From contig OX597822.1 of assembly GCA_951406725.2 (NCBI GenBank), forward strand, positions 93,186,001 through 93,250,000: a DNA stretch of 64,000 nucleotides. Reading direction: 5' to 3'. The translations under genes and the position numbers were made by a program. Source of the DNA: Octopus vulgaris (Eukaryota). Every line of letters starts with the position of its first letter. The first letter of the stretch is position 1. A model generated the notes under the pieces. It was not told the DNA's origin and made no database searches. It worked only from the letters and a program-made list of their open reading frames with translations. Positions 25,280 through 37,642 of the stretch are shown here, one piece after another.

Positions 25280-28200
25280 CAGCATTATTGGGAAATCTCC
25301 CAAAATGCCATTCCGCCTATCTCCGTCTATCTCAATCTCTCCCAGGTGTTTGAACACCCAGCATTATTGGGAAATCTCCCAAAACGCTAATCCGCTATCT
25401 ACGAGAATCTCCGGTCATCTACGGCCATCTACGGCTATCTCCGGCAATCTTTGGCAATCTCCGGCAATCTTCGGAAATCTCCAGCAATCTTCGGCAATCT
25501 CCGGCAATCTCCGGCTATCTCCGGAAATCTCCGGCTGTCTCCGGCAATCTACGGCAATCTCCTGCAATCTCTCGCTGGTGTTTTAACACTCAGCATTATT
25601 GGAAAATCTCCCAAAATGCTATTCCGCCTATCTAAGGCAATCGCCGGCTATCTCCGGCTATCTCCGGCTATCTCCGGCTATCTCCGGCAATCTCCGGCTA
25701 TCTCCGGCAATCTCCGGCTATCTCCGGCAATCTCCTGGTAGCTCCGCCTTTCTTCAGCAATCTCCGGTAATCTACACCTATCTCCGACAATCTCCGGCAA
25801 TCTACGGCATTCTCCGGTAATCTCCGGCTATCTCCTGCAATCTCTCCCAGGTGTTTTAACACCCAGCATTATTGGGAAATGTCCCAAAATTCTATTCCGC
25901 CTATCTCCGCCTATTTCCGACTATCTCACTCTCTCGCTGGTGTTTTAACACCCAGCATTATTGAGAAATCTCCCAAAATGCTGTTTCGCCTATCTCCGCC
26001 TATCTCCACCTATCTCCGCCTATCTCACCCTATCTCCGCCTAACTCACTCTACCTCATCTCTTCCAGGTGTTTTAACACCCAGCATTATTAGGAAATCTT
26101 CCAAAATGCGATTCCGCCTATTTCCCTCTATCTCCGCCTATCTCCGTCTATCTCAGTCTCTCCCAGGTGTTTTAACACCCAGCATTATTGGGAAATCTCC
26201 CAAAATGCTATTCTGCCTATGTTCGGAAATCTCCGACCATCTCCGGCTATCTCTGCAAATCTCCGGCTGTCTCCTGCAATCTACGGCAATCTCCGGTAAT
26301 CTCTGGCTATCTCCAGCAATCTACGGCATTCTCCGGTAATCTCCGGCTATCCCCTGCAATCTCTCCCAGGTATTTTAACACCCAGCATTATTGGGAAATC
26401 TCCCAAAATTCTATTCCGCCTATCTCCAGCAATCTCTGGCCATCTTCGGCTATCTTCAGCTATCTCCGGCAATTTCCGGCTATCTCCGGCAATCTCCGCA
26501 ATCTACGGCAATCTCCGTCAATGTCCGGCAATTTCCGGTAATCTCTGGCCATCTCCGGCAATCTCCGGTAATCTCCGGCTATCTACGGCTACCTCCAGCA
26601 ATCTCCGTCAATGTCCGGCAATTTCAGGTAATCTCCGGCCATCTCCGGCAATCTCCAGCAATTTCCGGCTATCTGCGGCAATCTCCAGCAATTTCCGGCT
26701 ATCTGCGGCAGCCTCCAGCAATTTCGGCTATCTCCGGCAATCTACGGTTATTTCCGGGTATCTCAGGCTATCTCCGACTATCTTCACCTATTTCTGTCTA
26801 TCTCACTCTCTCCCAGGTGTTTTAACACCCAGCATTATCGGGAAATCTCCCAAAATGCTATTCCACCTATCTCCGGCAATCTCCGGCTATCTCCTACAAT
26901 CTATCCCAGGTGTTTTCCCAGCCAGCATATCGGGATTTCTCTCAAAATGTTATTCCGCCTATCTCCGGCAATCTTCGGTTATCTCCGGCAACCTACGGCA
27001 TTCTCCGGTAATCTCCAGCTATCTCCGGCAATCTCCGGCAATCTCTGAAATCTTCGGCTATCTCCAGCAATCTCCAGTAATCTCCGGCTATCTCCGGCAA
27101 TCTACGGCATTCTCCGGTAATCTCCGGCTATCTCCTGCAATCTCTCCCAGGTGTTTTAACACCCAGCATTATTGGGAAAAGTCCCAAAATGCTATTCCGC
27201 CTATTTCCGACTATCTCACTCTCTCGCTGGTGTTTTAACACCCCGCATTATTGGGAAATCTTCCAAAATGCTGTTCCCCCTATTTCCGCCTATCTCCACC
27301 TATCTCCGCCTATCTCACCCTATCACCACCTATCTCACTCTACTTCACTCTCTTCGAGGTGTTTTAACACCCAGCATTATTAGGAAATCTTCCAAAATGC
27401 GTTTCCGCCTATTTCCCTCTATCTCCGCCTATCTCTGTCTATCTCAGTCTCTCCCAGGTGTTTTAACACCCAGCATTATTGGGAAATCTCCCAAAATGCT
27501 ATTCTGCCTATGTTCGGAAATCTCCGACCATCTCCAGCTATCTCTGCAAATCTCCGGCTATCTCCTGCAATCTATGGCAATCTCCAGTAATCTCCGGCTA
27601 TCTCCAGCAATCTACGGCATTCTCCGGTAATCTCTGGCTATCTCCTGCAATCTCTCCCAGGTATTTTAACACCCAGCATTATTGGGAAATCTCCCAAAAT
27701 TCTATTCCGCCTATCTCCAGCAATCTCTGGCCATCTCCGGCTATCTTCAGCTATCTCCGGCAATCTCCGGCTATCTCCGGCAATCTCCGGCTTTCTTCAG
27801 CAATCTCCATCAATGTCCAGCAATTTCCGGTAATCTCCGGCAATCTCCAATAATCTCCGGCTATCTGCGGTGGCCTCCAGCAATCTCTGGCTTTCTTCGG
27901 CAATCTCCGTCAATGTCCGGCAATTTCCGGTAGTCTCCGGCTATCTGTGGCAGCCTCCAGCAATTTCCGGCTATCTCCGGCAATCTACGGAAATCTCCGG
28001 TTATTTCCGGGTATCTCGGGCAATCTCCGGCTATCTTCACCTATTTCCATCTATCTCACTCTCTCCCAGGTGTTTTAACACCCAGCATTATCGGGAAATC
28101 TCCCAAAATGCTATTCCACCTATCTCCGGCCATCTCCGGGCATCTACGGCTATCTCCGCCAGTCTCCGGTAATCTCCGGGCATCTCCGGCAATCTCCGGC

Positions 28201-28985
28201 TATCTCCGGCAATCTCCGGCTATCTCCGGCAATTACTGGTTATCTCCGGCAATCTCCAGCTATCTCCTGCAATGTCACCCAGGTGCTTTAACACCCAGCA
28301 TTATTGGGAAATCTCCCAAAATGCTATTCCGCCTATCTCCGCCTATCTCACTCTATCTCACTCTCTTCCAGGTGTTTTAACACCCAGCATTTTAAGGAAA
28401 TCTTCCAAAATGCTATTCCGCCTATCTCCGCCTATCTCCGCCGATCTCTCTCTATCTCACTCGCTTCCAGCTGTTGTAACACCAGCATTATTGGGAAATT
28501 TCCCAAAATGCTATTCCGCCTATCTCCGGCCATCTCCGTCTATCTCCAGATATCTCCGGCAATCTCCGGCAATGTCCGGCAATCTCCACATTCTATGGCA
28601 ATCTTCGGCTTTCTTCAGCATTCTCCGGCTATCTCCGGCAATCTCCAGCTATCTGCGGTAGTCTCCAGCTATCTCCGGCTATCTCCGGCAATCTCCGGCA
28701 ATCTTCGGCAATCTCCAGCAATCTCCGGTTATCTCCGGCAATCTCTGACTATCTCACTCTATTGCACTCTACCTCCACCTATCTCACTCTCTTCTAGGTG
28801 TTTTAACACCCAGCATTATTGGGAAATCTTGCAAAATGCTATTCCGCCTATCTCCAGCCATCTCCGGCTATCTTCTGCAATCTCTGGCAATCTCCAGCTA
28901 TCTCCGGCAGTCTCCGGCGATCTCAGGCAATCTCCTGCTATCTCCAGCTACCTCTGGCAATCTATGGCAATCTCCGGCAACCATG
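25280..28985. repeat. Satellite 5: ATCTCCGGC(A/T) decamers punctuated by about 20 copies of a conserved double-hairpin element of about 55 bp
   Basis: Element CCAGGTGTTTTAACACCCAGCATTATTGGGAAATCTCCCAAAATGCTATTCCGCC. Internal duplication of about 1.29 kb (25790-26900 vs 27090-28150). Confidence 0.92.
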
Positions 28986-29271
28986 CTCATTCATGCTGCC
29001 AGAAAATTTATTTTAAATTTTTCTTGCTGATATTTTTCTCAAAAAAATTGGCTGATGGTAATAATAATAATAATAATAATTATGATAATAATAATAAAAG
29101 ACACCAGAAAATAAAGAGTGAATAATTGAAAATTTAACGAATTTTAAAAATATATGAAAAGAAAGAGTGAAATGAATAAAAGATTGGATTCCACTAATTG
29201 TTTTAATACTTACTTTTCCATGCAAACATGGGTCAGATGGAATTTGTTGAAGCAGATTCTCTACTCATGCA

Positions 29272-29615
29272 AGGCAGTGAGCTGGCGGAGATGTTAGCTG
29301 GGCGAAATGCTTAGCGGTATTTCATTTATCTTTACGGCAAGCTGGCAGAAATGTTAGCACGGCACTGGTGTCAATGTAATTGACTTAATCCGTTTGTCTG
29401 TCCTTTTTTGTCCCCTCTGTGTTTAGCCCCTTGTGGGTAGTAAAGAAATAGGTATTTCATTTATCTTTACGTTCTGAGTTAAAATTCCACCGAGTTCAAC
29501 TTTGCCTATCATCCTTTCAGGGTCAATAAATTAAGTACCAGTTGTGTACTGGGCCAATCTAATCAACTGCCCCCCTCCCCCAAAATTTTGGGCCTTGTAC
29601 CTAGAGTAGAAAAGA
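29272..29615 (+). mobile_element. Nested decayed SINE family A copies
   Basis: Head, core and tail similarity to other copies. Confidence 0.7.
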
Positions 29616-31515
29616 ATCTCTACGTATGCTCTACACTAAGCATTCACCCTATTTATCCAACCCTGGTTATTTGTCTTCTCTTAGAGCTTGTACCATGATA
29701 AAATGCACTCAGTACATTCAGTGACTGATATTAGGAAGAGCATCCAGCTGTAAAAATCAGGCTAAAAATGAAACTTACATAAGACGTGGTTCCCTGACCT
29801 ATCTAGAAAAGCAGAAATGATCTCTCCAATCCATGCCAGCATTAAAAGCAGATGTAAAATGATGATGAAGAATTTCAGTTCATCTGAAATGCTGATATGC
29901 TTGGCAAAGGCACAAACATCATAAATTTCATTTCCTTTCTCATTTAAATTTAAGGTCTTGTGTTTGCATTAACTTTGTTTATAAATTGAGCCCAGGACAG
30001 CCATCTCTGAGGAGACCTAGGATCAAATTGATTCCAGCTGAAACAGTCTCTTTTCAAACACTGCATATCAAGGAATATATTTTTCAATGTATTCTTTCTT
30101 TTTCAAGATAGTAGGGGGTGGTTTGAGTGAAAAATGACTGTTATTTCTAGTTTGTTGAGCAACCATCATGAAGCTTCCATGTTTATTTCAGTTCTTATTA
30201 TTAGGTCATAATTGTCAGTAGCCATCATTATTTAACATCCATCTACTATGTTGGTATGAGTTGAACAGTTTGACAGAATCCAATGAGCCTGTTGAGTTCC
30301 AATGTCTTGTTTTGGTATTTTTTCTATGGCTGGATACCCTTCTTAATGCCTCCACTTTATAGAGTGTCTGGGTACTTTAAAAATTTTTTTTAAATGACAA
30401 CAATGATGATGTTTCAATTCACAAGGCAAAGAAAAGGATCCCTGACTGAGTTGGGTTGAGAGCGAGATGTGCTTTTATGCTAAAGTATGATAATGGGAAA
30501 AGCACAGTCTTGCTACAGTCTGAGATACATGGCTACCCTACATTATATAAGGGTGGGTGGGAGTAGCTGGAAAGTAGACTGATGATACAAGAAGGGGAGT
30601 ATAACAGAGAATGACTAATGATCAGGAAGGATGGGTCAATGAGTTCATTAGTTTTAGTGGGGAATGACAGGTGGATGTGTGTTTGGTGGTAAATATCAGC
30701 ATGGAAGGGAAGGCGTAAGAAATAGGAGTGGGTCAAAGAAAGAGAAAGTGTTAAATGGCTGTACAAGAGGGGAAGAGAGCCGCAATATAATAAATCTGCA
30801 GACAAGAAAATAAGGACAAATTGTGTGTTTGTGTACTGCAGTGATTAAGTCATTGGGTGTTTGCATGTACACATACTGAAATGTGCTTAGGTTTATGACA
30901 CATTGACTTCATTAAATTGCCTGACACCACTCTTACAAAAAATGTTTCAAATATAAATTCAAATCTTAACTGAAATTGTATCACCTGACCTATAACATAT
31001 TTCAATAGGTAAATGGTCAAATTGAGTTCCAAATACCAGTTTAATCCTATTGTAACTATTTTCTTTTGAACTGCACTGCTTTTGTCTCGATTTTGAAAAT
31101 AATGAAGAATTTAGTGAAATAACTTAATCATTATGAAGCTGGTGTTAGGAACAAATTAACATGAAATTTTGATAGGTTTTGATTTAGATAATTTTAAAAA
31201 ATATGAATTTTGCTTCAATGAACTATGGGCTGTCTTGGATCAGAAGGTTTAATATATAGACAAATAAAGTTTGTTGATTTACTAAACCTTTCATAATTAT
31301 TATTAAAAAAATTAAAGGATAAAGAACCATGTGTTTGCCTTAGAAATATGGTAATAAAAAACTTTAACATTCTTTTTGCTTTTGTTGTTTTGCAAAATTA
31401 TTAACTTTGTCTTAATGTAGATTAATTTTTATACTTTTCAAAAATTATTTGTTTTATAAATAAATAGTAGTGAATTTCGTTATTAATTTACATTCTGAAT
31501 TTCAATTATTTCTAG

Positions 31516-31681
31516 GATATGGAGAATAAAATTAGAAACACTTAGTGAAATTTATCTTGGGAAAACGAAGGATATTGTGAATGGCCTTCGCTCTATTCAG
31601 ACCTTGCAAGATCGCAAGCAGGCAGAGGCACTACGCAACGACTTAGTGATGGCTCTACAAAAACGTCCACAAACGCTATGA
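31516..31681 (+). pseudogene. CAPZB: Terminal coding exon of F-actin capping protein subunit beta, with a frameshift near 31540
   Basis: Acceptor TTATTTCTAG at 31506-31515. Reads DMENKIRN, then in a shifted frame from 31541 [46 protein letters not shown]. This matches the remembered CAPZB C-terminus [27 protein letters not shown]. Read in the entry frame it stops at TAG 31543-31545. Confidence 0.88.
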
Positions 31682-33140
31682 TGTTGCAAGGGAGACAACT
31701 AACATAATTCGGCTTTCATTCGAACTCTGCAGAAGCTACCATATGGCCGGGTGGGATTATCACATAACACCTATAATGATATAATATTAATGATATTATC
31801 ATTGTCTTCATTATCTTCTCTTACTGTTCCTCTTTTCCTCCTTTTTTTTAATTATATATAAAAAGAAAGTTGATTGATGTAATTATACACACATAAATAC
31901 ACACACACTTTTCTTTTGAATTTTATTTTTAAATTTAAATCCTTATCTCACTTTTTATTAGAATTAATGTTTATCTCTGAACATCAGTACATCTTTCTCT
32001 TCTATAAGCCTCTTCATTCATTCCTTCTATGATTCTCTCTCTCTCTCTCTTTCTTCAATAAGAGTGCACTAGGCTTAAAACACTTAAAGACAACATGAAA
32101 CTAATTCCAGTTTCCCCGGCCACTCTGATTTGCCTGTGGCAGAATATGAGTGAAAGGTTGCAATAACTATGTATATTTGGTGACAAAAACTTCCAGCCAG
32201 ACTCCTCCTAGCTTGATTAAAATGGACAGTGGTGAATGACCTGTCTTCAGTATTTTGGTCTCTGAAAGAAGCCTGTCTTTTTCAAGGAAGGATACATGCC
32301 TTCATACAAGTAATTTCAATATTATTCAGAAAATGGCTATTTTTGTTTTATTGATTCCTCTTTGAATCGTTTGCAGCTGAAATTTTATACAAATGATGCT
32401 GGTTTTAACATTTAATACATTAGAATAGTCTAAATACCAGGTTAGCAGTTGTTCTAACAAAAATCTTGGTGTACGTTTCCAATCCTTTATCTAACCATGT
32501 TAATATACCATTGAAATAAGTTTGCTAATGTTACTAAATACAATATCTATAATAATTTAGCTAAAGTTGGCAAAATATCTTTCAAATTACAGCCAGTTGT
32601 TTTAAGGAAAAGGAATGATACATTGGACAATATACAATGTTTAATAGTTAAAGTTCCATGTAAGTGTGTGTGTATATGGACTGAAGCATTTATTTGATGA
32701 TAGATTTTGCTCAGCTGGGCGTTAATCCAAAAGTTGAACAACTTGATCGTTGTAAATGACATAACTTGGTATTTTGTCATTGGTATACAACTAGCAGAAA
32801 CACTGCTCTCTGAGAAGTTTTCTGCTGGAATATGTCATGTGGATTTAATCAATTATATAACATTTTATAAACTTTAGAAGTGTCATATGGGGTTGGTATT
32901 TTATGGACAAGAAAGTAAATCTTGAACGTAGTCAAGCTGTTAGAAGAGTAGAGAAAGATTGAGTAAGACTTATAAGACTGATATAAGTTGCCAGTTGGTG
33001 GCTATGGGAGTTGAACCTGTACCCCTCAGATACTGGCTGATTGCTTTAACCATTAAGTTAATAATAGGTTAAATCCCCCCAAATAAAAATGAAGTGAATT
33101 ATCAGCTATTAAAGTGTATATATATTTTGGGACATTTTAT

Positions 33141-33175
<35 letters not shown>

Positions 33176-33944
33176 CACACACACACACGTTTATTTGTGT
33201 TTACTTTGCAGGCCTAGTGAAAGATGTTTTCTGAGAACATTGAGGAGTGCACTTGCATCTGTATGGCAGTATGTAATAGCAATTTAACAGATCCAATCGT
33301 TATTGTTGTGTTACACACATGATAAAAGAATTGTGATTGGGGGAGAGAGAGAGAGGAGTATTGTAGAGCTTTCATAGGGAACTTCTGAGCAAAGAAATGA
33401 AAAGTGATAAATAGACGTAACTTCAAGAAAGTATTTTGTTAGAAAATTGTCGGGACAGATTTCAGGGGTGACAACTTTGCTTTGGCTAAAGTCCTAATCA
33501 GATGCGTATGGATGGCTTTGAAGAAAGAGGAATCCAAAATAGTTAAGAAAACGGTCGCTTATGATAATTCTTTTCATTTTCGAGATGAAAATGCAAGCAA
33601 TTGCTTCGTTATTTAGCAAGGTTTGAGATGTTCTTTTGTATTTGTTATGATCTGTCTCTCTTTATACACACATAGACGTACACAAACCAATACCAGTCGA
33701 GAAGCAATGGCGAGGTATAACTACAGAGACGAACGCATGTATGTATGAGCTAGAGTCATGGCTTACTTAACAATCGGCTTTACGTGATTCTGTCAAGTCA
33801 ATGAGTGGCCTACTTCACTTTGATATGCGCTGGTCCTTTATGGATCATTTATAATCGAAACTGCAGTTAGATAGAAAGATTGATTGATTGACAAATGGAC
33901 AGACAGATAGAATAGATAGATAGATAATCGGGTTTCTTTCAATT

Positions 33945-34130
33945 TCCGCTAAATGCTTAGCGGTATTTCGTATGTCCTTACGTTCTGAGTTCAAATTTTA
34001 CCGTGGTTGACTTTGTCTTTCATCCTTTCGGGTTTGATAAATGAAGTACCAGTTGCGTACTGGGGTCAATCTATTCGATTGGCCCCCCCTCCCCCCAAAT
34101 TTCGGACCTTGTGCCTCGAGTACAAAAAAA
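33945..34130 (+). mobile_element. SINE family A variant
   Basis: Core motif present. Confidence 0.75.
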
Positions 34131-35013
34131 TATTTTTCTACCCATAAAAAATTCGAAAAGAGCGGGGTGTGGTAGGGGTTTAAATAATTAAGAAAAATTT
34201 TTTTCCCCATAATTGTTTGAAATTCGCAAGAATTTTCCGAAAATTAAAATAATAATAATAATAATAATAATAATGATAAATCATAAAATAAAAAAGTTAT
34301 AAAGGGTAAAAGCTGAGTTTCGTCAAAAATACGTTTGTATTGTAAAAGTGCCAGTAACAGTGATCATAACTTCTTTTACTGTATAATCTGTAACCCTTTT
34401 ACTGCGGAAATCAGACATATCCCTCTCAAAATTCCGTAACTCTTAACTGCAGAAAGCAGTTTTATACACCAATCTGTTTTTTTTTTGTTGAGAAATAAGA
34501 CACGTCAAGTTTCTTGAAGCAGAAAACACCGATTGTGTTTTATTTGGTAGTTATTTAACATTATTACTGGAATAACCATCAAATTCAATTACTCCGTTAA
34601 AGTGTTAAAGTCCTTCGCTTTTTGTGTGTAGTGCCATCAACGAACATCTGTCGGTCATGTGGTATGTTGTAGGGTCCTCTTTAGCTTCTGAGTGAAACAC
34701 CTTAAAAAAGAAGACAAAAAAAACCAAGCCTATAAAGTAACTATTAAATGCAGCATTTAAGTTATTGTTTTCTCTGATCGTAGAAAAATATATTGAAAAA
34801 AAAAAAAGATCAAATCGGGCAAGAATTATTTCCCTTTACAAAGTTATTCCCCTTCCTTTGGATCTTGTAAGTTTAGGATTACTCGAAATCAATTTTGATA
34901 GTTTCACTGCACATATGTTGCAATATTGAAAAGAACAAGAATATCTTTTGTTTTAATGAGCAACCCTCAGCTTGGTTTTAGAGTCTTTTAGTAAAGGTGC
35001 CAATGTTTGTACA

Positions 35014-35317
35014 TCTTTATATATAAAAATGAAGTTGTGTGTGTGAGTGTCAGTCTCTCCGATTTAGATTCCTAACTACTCCCACATTTTGCGGTGCAGT
35101 TTAACCAAAAGCGGGTATCTTATAGTCGTGATTTATATCAAGCCCTTCTGGGTATTAGTGTGCATCTACGATGAGTCTACGATTTAAAAAAAATTTACCA
35201 TAATTTTTTCCCATTTTTAATGCATTTTTTGCTATTATATAAGGGAAGTAACTCTCTAAAAATGCTTATATAGTTATTTCCCTTAAAAACCCGAGCAACG
35301 CCGGGCAATACTGCTAG
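35014..35317 (+). mobile_element. Short non-autonomous Helitron
   Basis: Inserted between A and T. Starts TC and ends CCCGAGCAACGCCGGG (hairpin) ...CTAG. Confidence 0.85.
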
Positions 35318-35769
35318 TCGATAATAATTCTGTATGAGTTATTGATCCTGTTCGATACTAGTGCTTGATGAAATAAACAGAGAAGGGAATTGCTGCACAT
35401 GGCCTGACATTCCATTACAATCTGAACGACAGTTTCAGTCCAGTGAACGACCGACACGATTGAAGAATTTTGGTTTGATGCTGAGTCGTGGAGTTTCACA
35501 AGAAGAAATGAAGTTGTCAATTTTACAGTGCGGCTGCACCTAAAGAGACGATAAATACTTTCGATCCTTAAGCGAAATTGCTGTGGTTCTCAGCCGGTGG
35601 TCCCTATGACCCTTAGGGGGTCCATATAAGATTTTGCCGTTAAAGTTTATCTGCAATAAACTGTTAATACTTCTACAATACATGAAATATTTCAACAATG
35701 TTTTTTTCTTTTTATATAATTCCTAATGATGTTTAATTATAAAAATGCAGTTATAAGATCTTCAGTCAT

Positions 35770-36080
35770 GAATGATCGTGGTATTGCATCTAGAAAGTTC
35801 TCTTCTGAGGCACAAATCTGGGCAAGGTTATTTATGGAAGACCAGCAGTCACCCATGCATACCAGCCTCCCCTCTCCATGCCACCAATGTTGGCAAAGGC
35901 AAAGTCTGATACATCTTGGCACTACTGACGTCGCAATTCATTTCTACAGTTGAGTGAACTGGAGCAATGTGAAATAAAGTGTCTTGCTCAAGAACACAGT
36001 GCACAGCCTGGTTCGGGAATCCAACTCACTATCTCATGATTGTAAGCCCGGCGCTCTAACCACTGAGCCATGCGCCTTCA
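35770..36080 (-). mobile_element. tRNA-derived SINE family C (second copy at about 37110-37430)
   Basis: Minus-strand head GCGCATGGCTCAGTGGTTAGAGCG followed by GTGTTCTTGAGCAAGACACTT. Two similar copies. Confidence 0.7.
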
Positions 36081-36343
36081 CATAAGAAAAAAAAAATACA
36101 GTAGGATTTTTAAATTTTACATGGAATGGCGAAGGAAGCCTAGTAGAAGTAAGGTAAGAATCTAAGGAATCCACAAGCAACGCATGGTTGAGAATCACTG
36201 AGTTAGAGTCTTCGTAATTAATATGACGATGAAATTAATTAAATCAATAATAATTACGTGATGAAGAGAAGAAAACATTTGCTCAATGACTAATATTAAT
36301 TTAAACTGATCTCAGGAGGCAACACGAAGTATGTTTAGGTTTT

Positions 36344-36897
36344 ATAATAATAATAATGAAATTATTGTATACAGTGCTCAGGTGCACCACAACTTGTCAG
36401 AAAGTGCGTTTAAAGTATATGCAGTAATGTACAAATGTCTGGAAAGCGAACAATGTATGAGTCAGATACATGCTTGTGTGTGTATGGAAGGGAGAAAATC
36501 AGGTGTAGTGTTGGCGAATCTCAGAAAGCATGGAAGTTTTGAAGGATGAAGTGCTCCGACAACCAACAACTGATGCCGGCAGTTTGTTCCATGCTTCAGC
36601 AAATCTCAGCGGGAAAAAATGTTTCCTAAAGTCATGGGAGCTGTGCTGTTTTCTGACTTTGTAAATATGTCCACGGGTGTTAGACGGGTGGAGTTTGAAA
36701 AGGTGCTCAGAGTTATTGTTTGTAAGATGGTTGATAATTTTATGGGTGTCTGCCAAGTCAGCTGCCAGACGTTGGAGTTTCAATGTGTCCATGCCCAGGG
36801 AAGTAAGGCGTTCAGAATATGGCGAATGCCTGATGGAGGGTATTCTTTTGGTTGCACGTCGCTGAACGGCTTCCAGACGATTATTATACAACCTCAT
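36344..36897 (-). mobile_element. 3' end of a CR1/L2-type LINE
   Basis: LEAVQRRATK, YSERL, TRGHIYK, FF.LR.AEAWNKLP, plus a (TTA)n tail. Confidence 0.85.
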
Positions 36898-37642
36898 TGA
36901 CTTTTCTCCACTTGGTAAACTAGTGATAAGAGAATTCGCATTAGTATCACAATGGACGTGACTTCTTCCATTAAAAAAAAAAAAAAAAAAGAAGTCAAGT
37001 TAGAGCAATAGTGATGTACAAGAATGTGCACCGGTAGGCAGCCAAGTTAGAGTTCTGCCAATGTACAATAATGTACACCAATAGACAACATTATTATTTA
37101 AGACCGCTTTCGGTCACGAATACCTATGGGAATACACCTAGAAAGTTCCCCTCCGAGGCTTAAGTCTAGGCAAGGTTGTTTGTGGAAAACCAGCAGTCGC
37201 CTATGCATACTAGCCTCCCCACCGATGTTATTCAAGGCAAAGGGAAAAGCAAATACAGCTTGGCAAATACAGTGACGTAGCGACTCCTTTCTGTAATTGA
37301 GTGAACTGGAGCAACGTGAAACTAAGTGTCTTGTTTAAGAACACAACACACAGCCCGGTTTAGGAATCGAACTTACAACCGCACGATTGTAAGCCCGACG
37401 CTCTAACTACTGAGCCATGCACCTTCACTGTAAACGTTATCATAGTAAATCATTGTTTGTACCGAGAACAGCGAGAATCGAAACAATGACTTGCATATTT
37501 ATTATTAATACGTTCCGGTAGACCTGAATGAAAATATGATTATCGCTGTTGTGTTCTTTACAGGAGAACAGCTTCTTCTTTACGACGAATGTATTCACAA
37601 CACACTCCATTTATTATCATGGTAGATGAGAGACTATATATA

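Noticed and set aside
25280-28985. True CRISPR array
   Set aside because: Spacers are decamer repeats of very unequal length, no cas genes are present, and the context is eukaryotic.
31679-31702. Readthrough or selenocysteine extension after the CAPZB TGA (TGA TGT TGC AAG GGA GAC AAC TAA)
   Set aside because: Not a typical readthrough context, no convincing SECIS seen, and the protein already ends at about the expected length.
36040-36080. tRNA gene
   Set aside because: tRNA-like head continues into a SINE body. No complete cloverleaf or terminator.
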